The notes under the pieces: generated by a model
Database searches by the model: none
What the model saw: only the letters and a program-made list of their open reading frames with translations
Told to the model about the DNA's origin: nothing
NCBI RefSeq assembly: GCF_009914755.1
Contig: NC_060938.1
Length of the DNA stretch: 64,000 bases
From: the human T2T-CHM13v2.0 reference genome, Homo sapiens
Direction: 5' to 3' (one strand)
Position numbers and translations under genes: made by a program
In this document: positions 63,330 to 64,000 of the stretch, piece after piece
How the letters are laid out: each line of letters opens with the position of its first letter
Numbering within the stretch: position 1 is the stretch's first letter

Positions 63330-64000
63330 AGGAGGGCCTCCTTCCGCTCCTGACCAGCCCCTGCTGGCCCGTGGGCAGAGGGAGAGCCGGCTTCCAGGGA
63401 CCTCAGGGAGGGACGTTTGGGAGTGCTCTCTCAGCGTCCCCTCCACCGCCCTCTCTACACCCTTGCCGCGCCCCTGTCCTCGTCGGCCAGGCCAAGGTTT
63501 CTCCTGGCCCTTCCCAGCTTCCGGCCCTTTGCTCCAGGCCAGGTCGCAGGGCCAGACGGTGCCAGGAGCTCGCGAGTCCTCTGTTTACTGTTTGGTTTCC
63601 ACGGTGACACGTAGGCGCCGTCAGCGACTCCCGTCACCGCCCCGCAGCGCGGCCCCCACCCGGCGCCGTGACGCCGGCCCGCCGCTTCCGCTCTGCCCAT
63701 ATTTGGCTCAGCCACTGCGCCGCCGGCCCGGGGTAGGCTGTGGGCGGGACTCCCGCCGCGCCCCGCCCCCGGTCCCTGCCCCGCCCCTGGAATGCTGGGC
63801 GAAGGCTCCGAGCCACGAGACCCCCGCCTCCTGTCCCGGGACCCACCCAGGCGGAGGCAAGGGCAGGGGCGCTGGGGGCCCAGAGAGAGGGCGCCGCGAT
63901 GGATGGATGAGCTGTTTCCAGCATTCCTGTGCGTCTGCTGGTTGTAGCTGCAGTCAAGATTTGGGGCGGTCTCGTTTGTTGTGGGTGGGTGATCTGGGAT
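63330..64000. promoter_or_regulatory. Downstream CpG island with an SRE: FOS 3' enhancer and probable lncRNA promoter (position fits my recollection of LINC01220)
   Basis: Ets CTTCCG 63685, CArG CCATATTTGG 63697-63706, TGACG 63669, RFX-like GTTTCCACGGTGAC 63595, several GC boxes. The lncRNA identity cannot be verified from sequence. Confidence 0.8.

Overview
Human genomic DNA: the FOS (c-Fos) immediate-early locus, recognised as 14q24.3. The only intact protein-coding gene is FOS on the + strand. It has 4 exons, CDS 48383-48523 / 49277-49528 / 49960-50067 / 50183-50824 (380 aa), its textbook promoter (SIE, Ets+CArG SRE, AP-1/CRE, -60 CRE, TATA) and an ARE-bearing 3'UTR. The rest is Alu-dense (roughly 55-60 Alu elements or fragments by eye), with MIR, L2, MLT1 LTR and hAT relics. 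Several repeat-free, CpG- and motif-rich islands (~6.3-7.7 kb, 17.0-17.4 kb, 19.0-19.4 kb, 28.0-28.9 kb, 42.7-43.5 kb, 46.0-47.3 kb, 63.3-64.0 kb) look like the distributed FOS enhancer cluster. Three small retrocopies with target-site duplications are visible: a DPPA5 pseudogene that kept one intron, a 38-nt tailless U2 snRNA copy, and a polyadenylated LTR-like fragment. I see no convincing new gene system. The most interesting signals are (i) a recurring RFX X-box + CRE (+CArG/MEF2) motif grammar in the FOS regulatory islands and (ii) the semi-processed DPPA5 retrocopy, which points away from an SRE-containing CpG island. Nearly all other ORF-track entries are Alu, simple-repeat or GC-rich artefacts. 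Repeat family names and all motif calls were made by eye, without tools.
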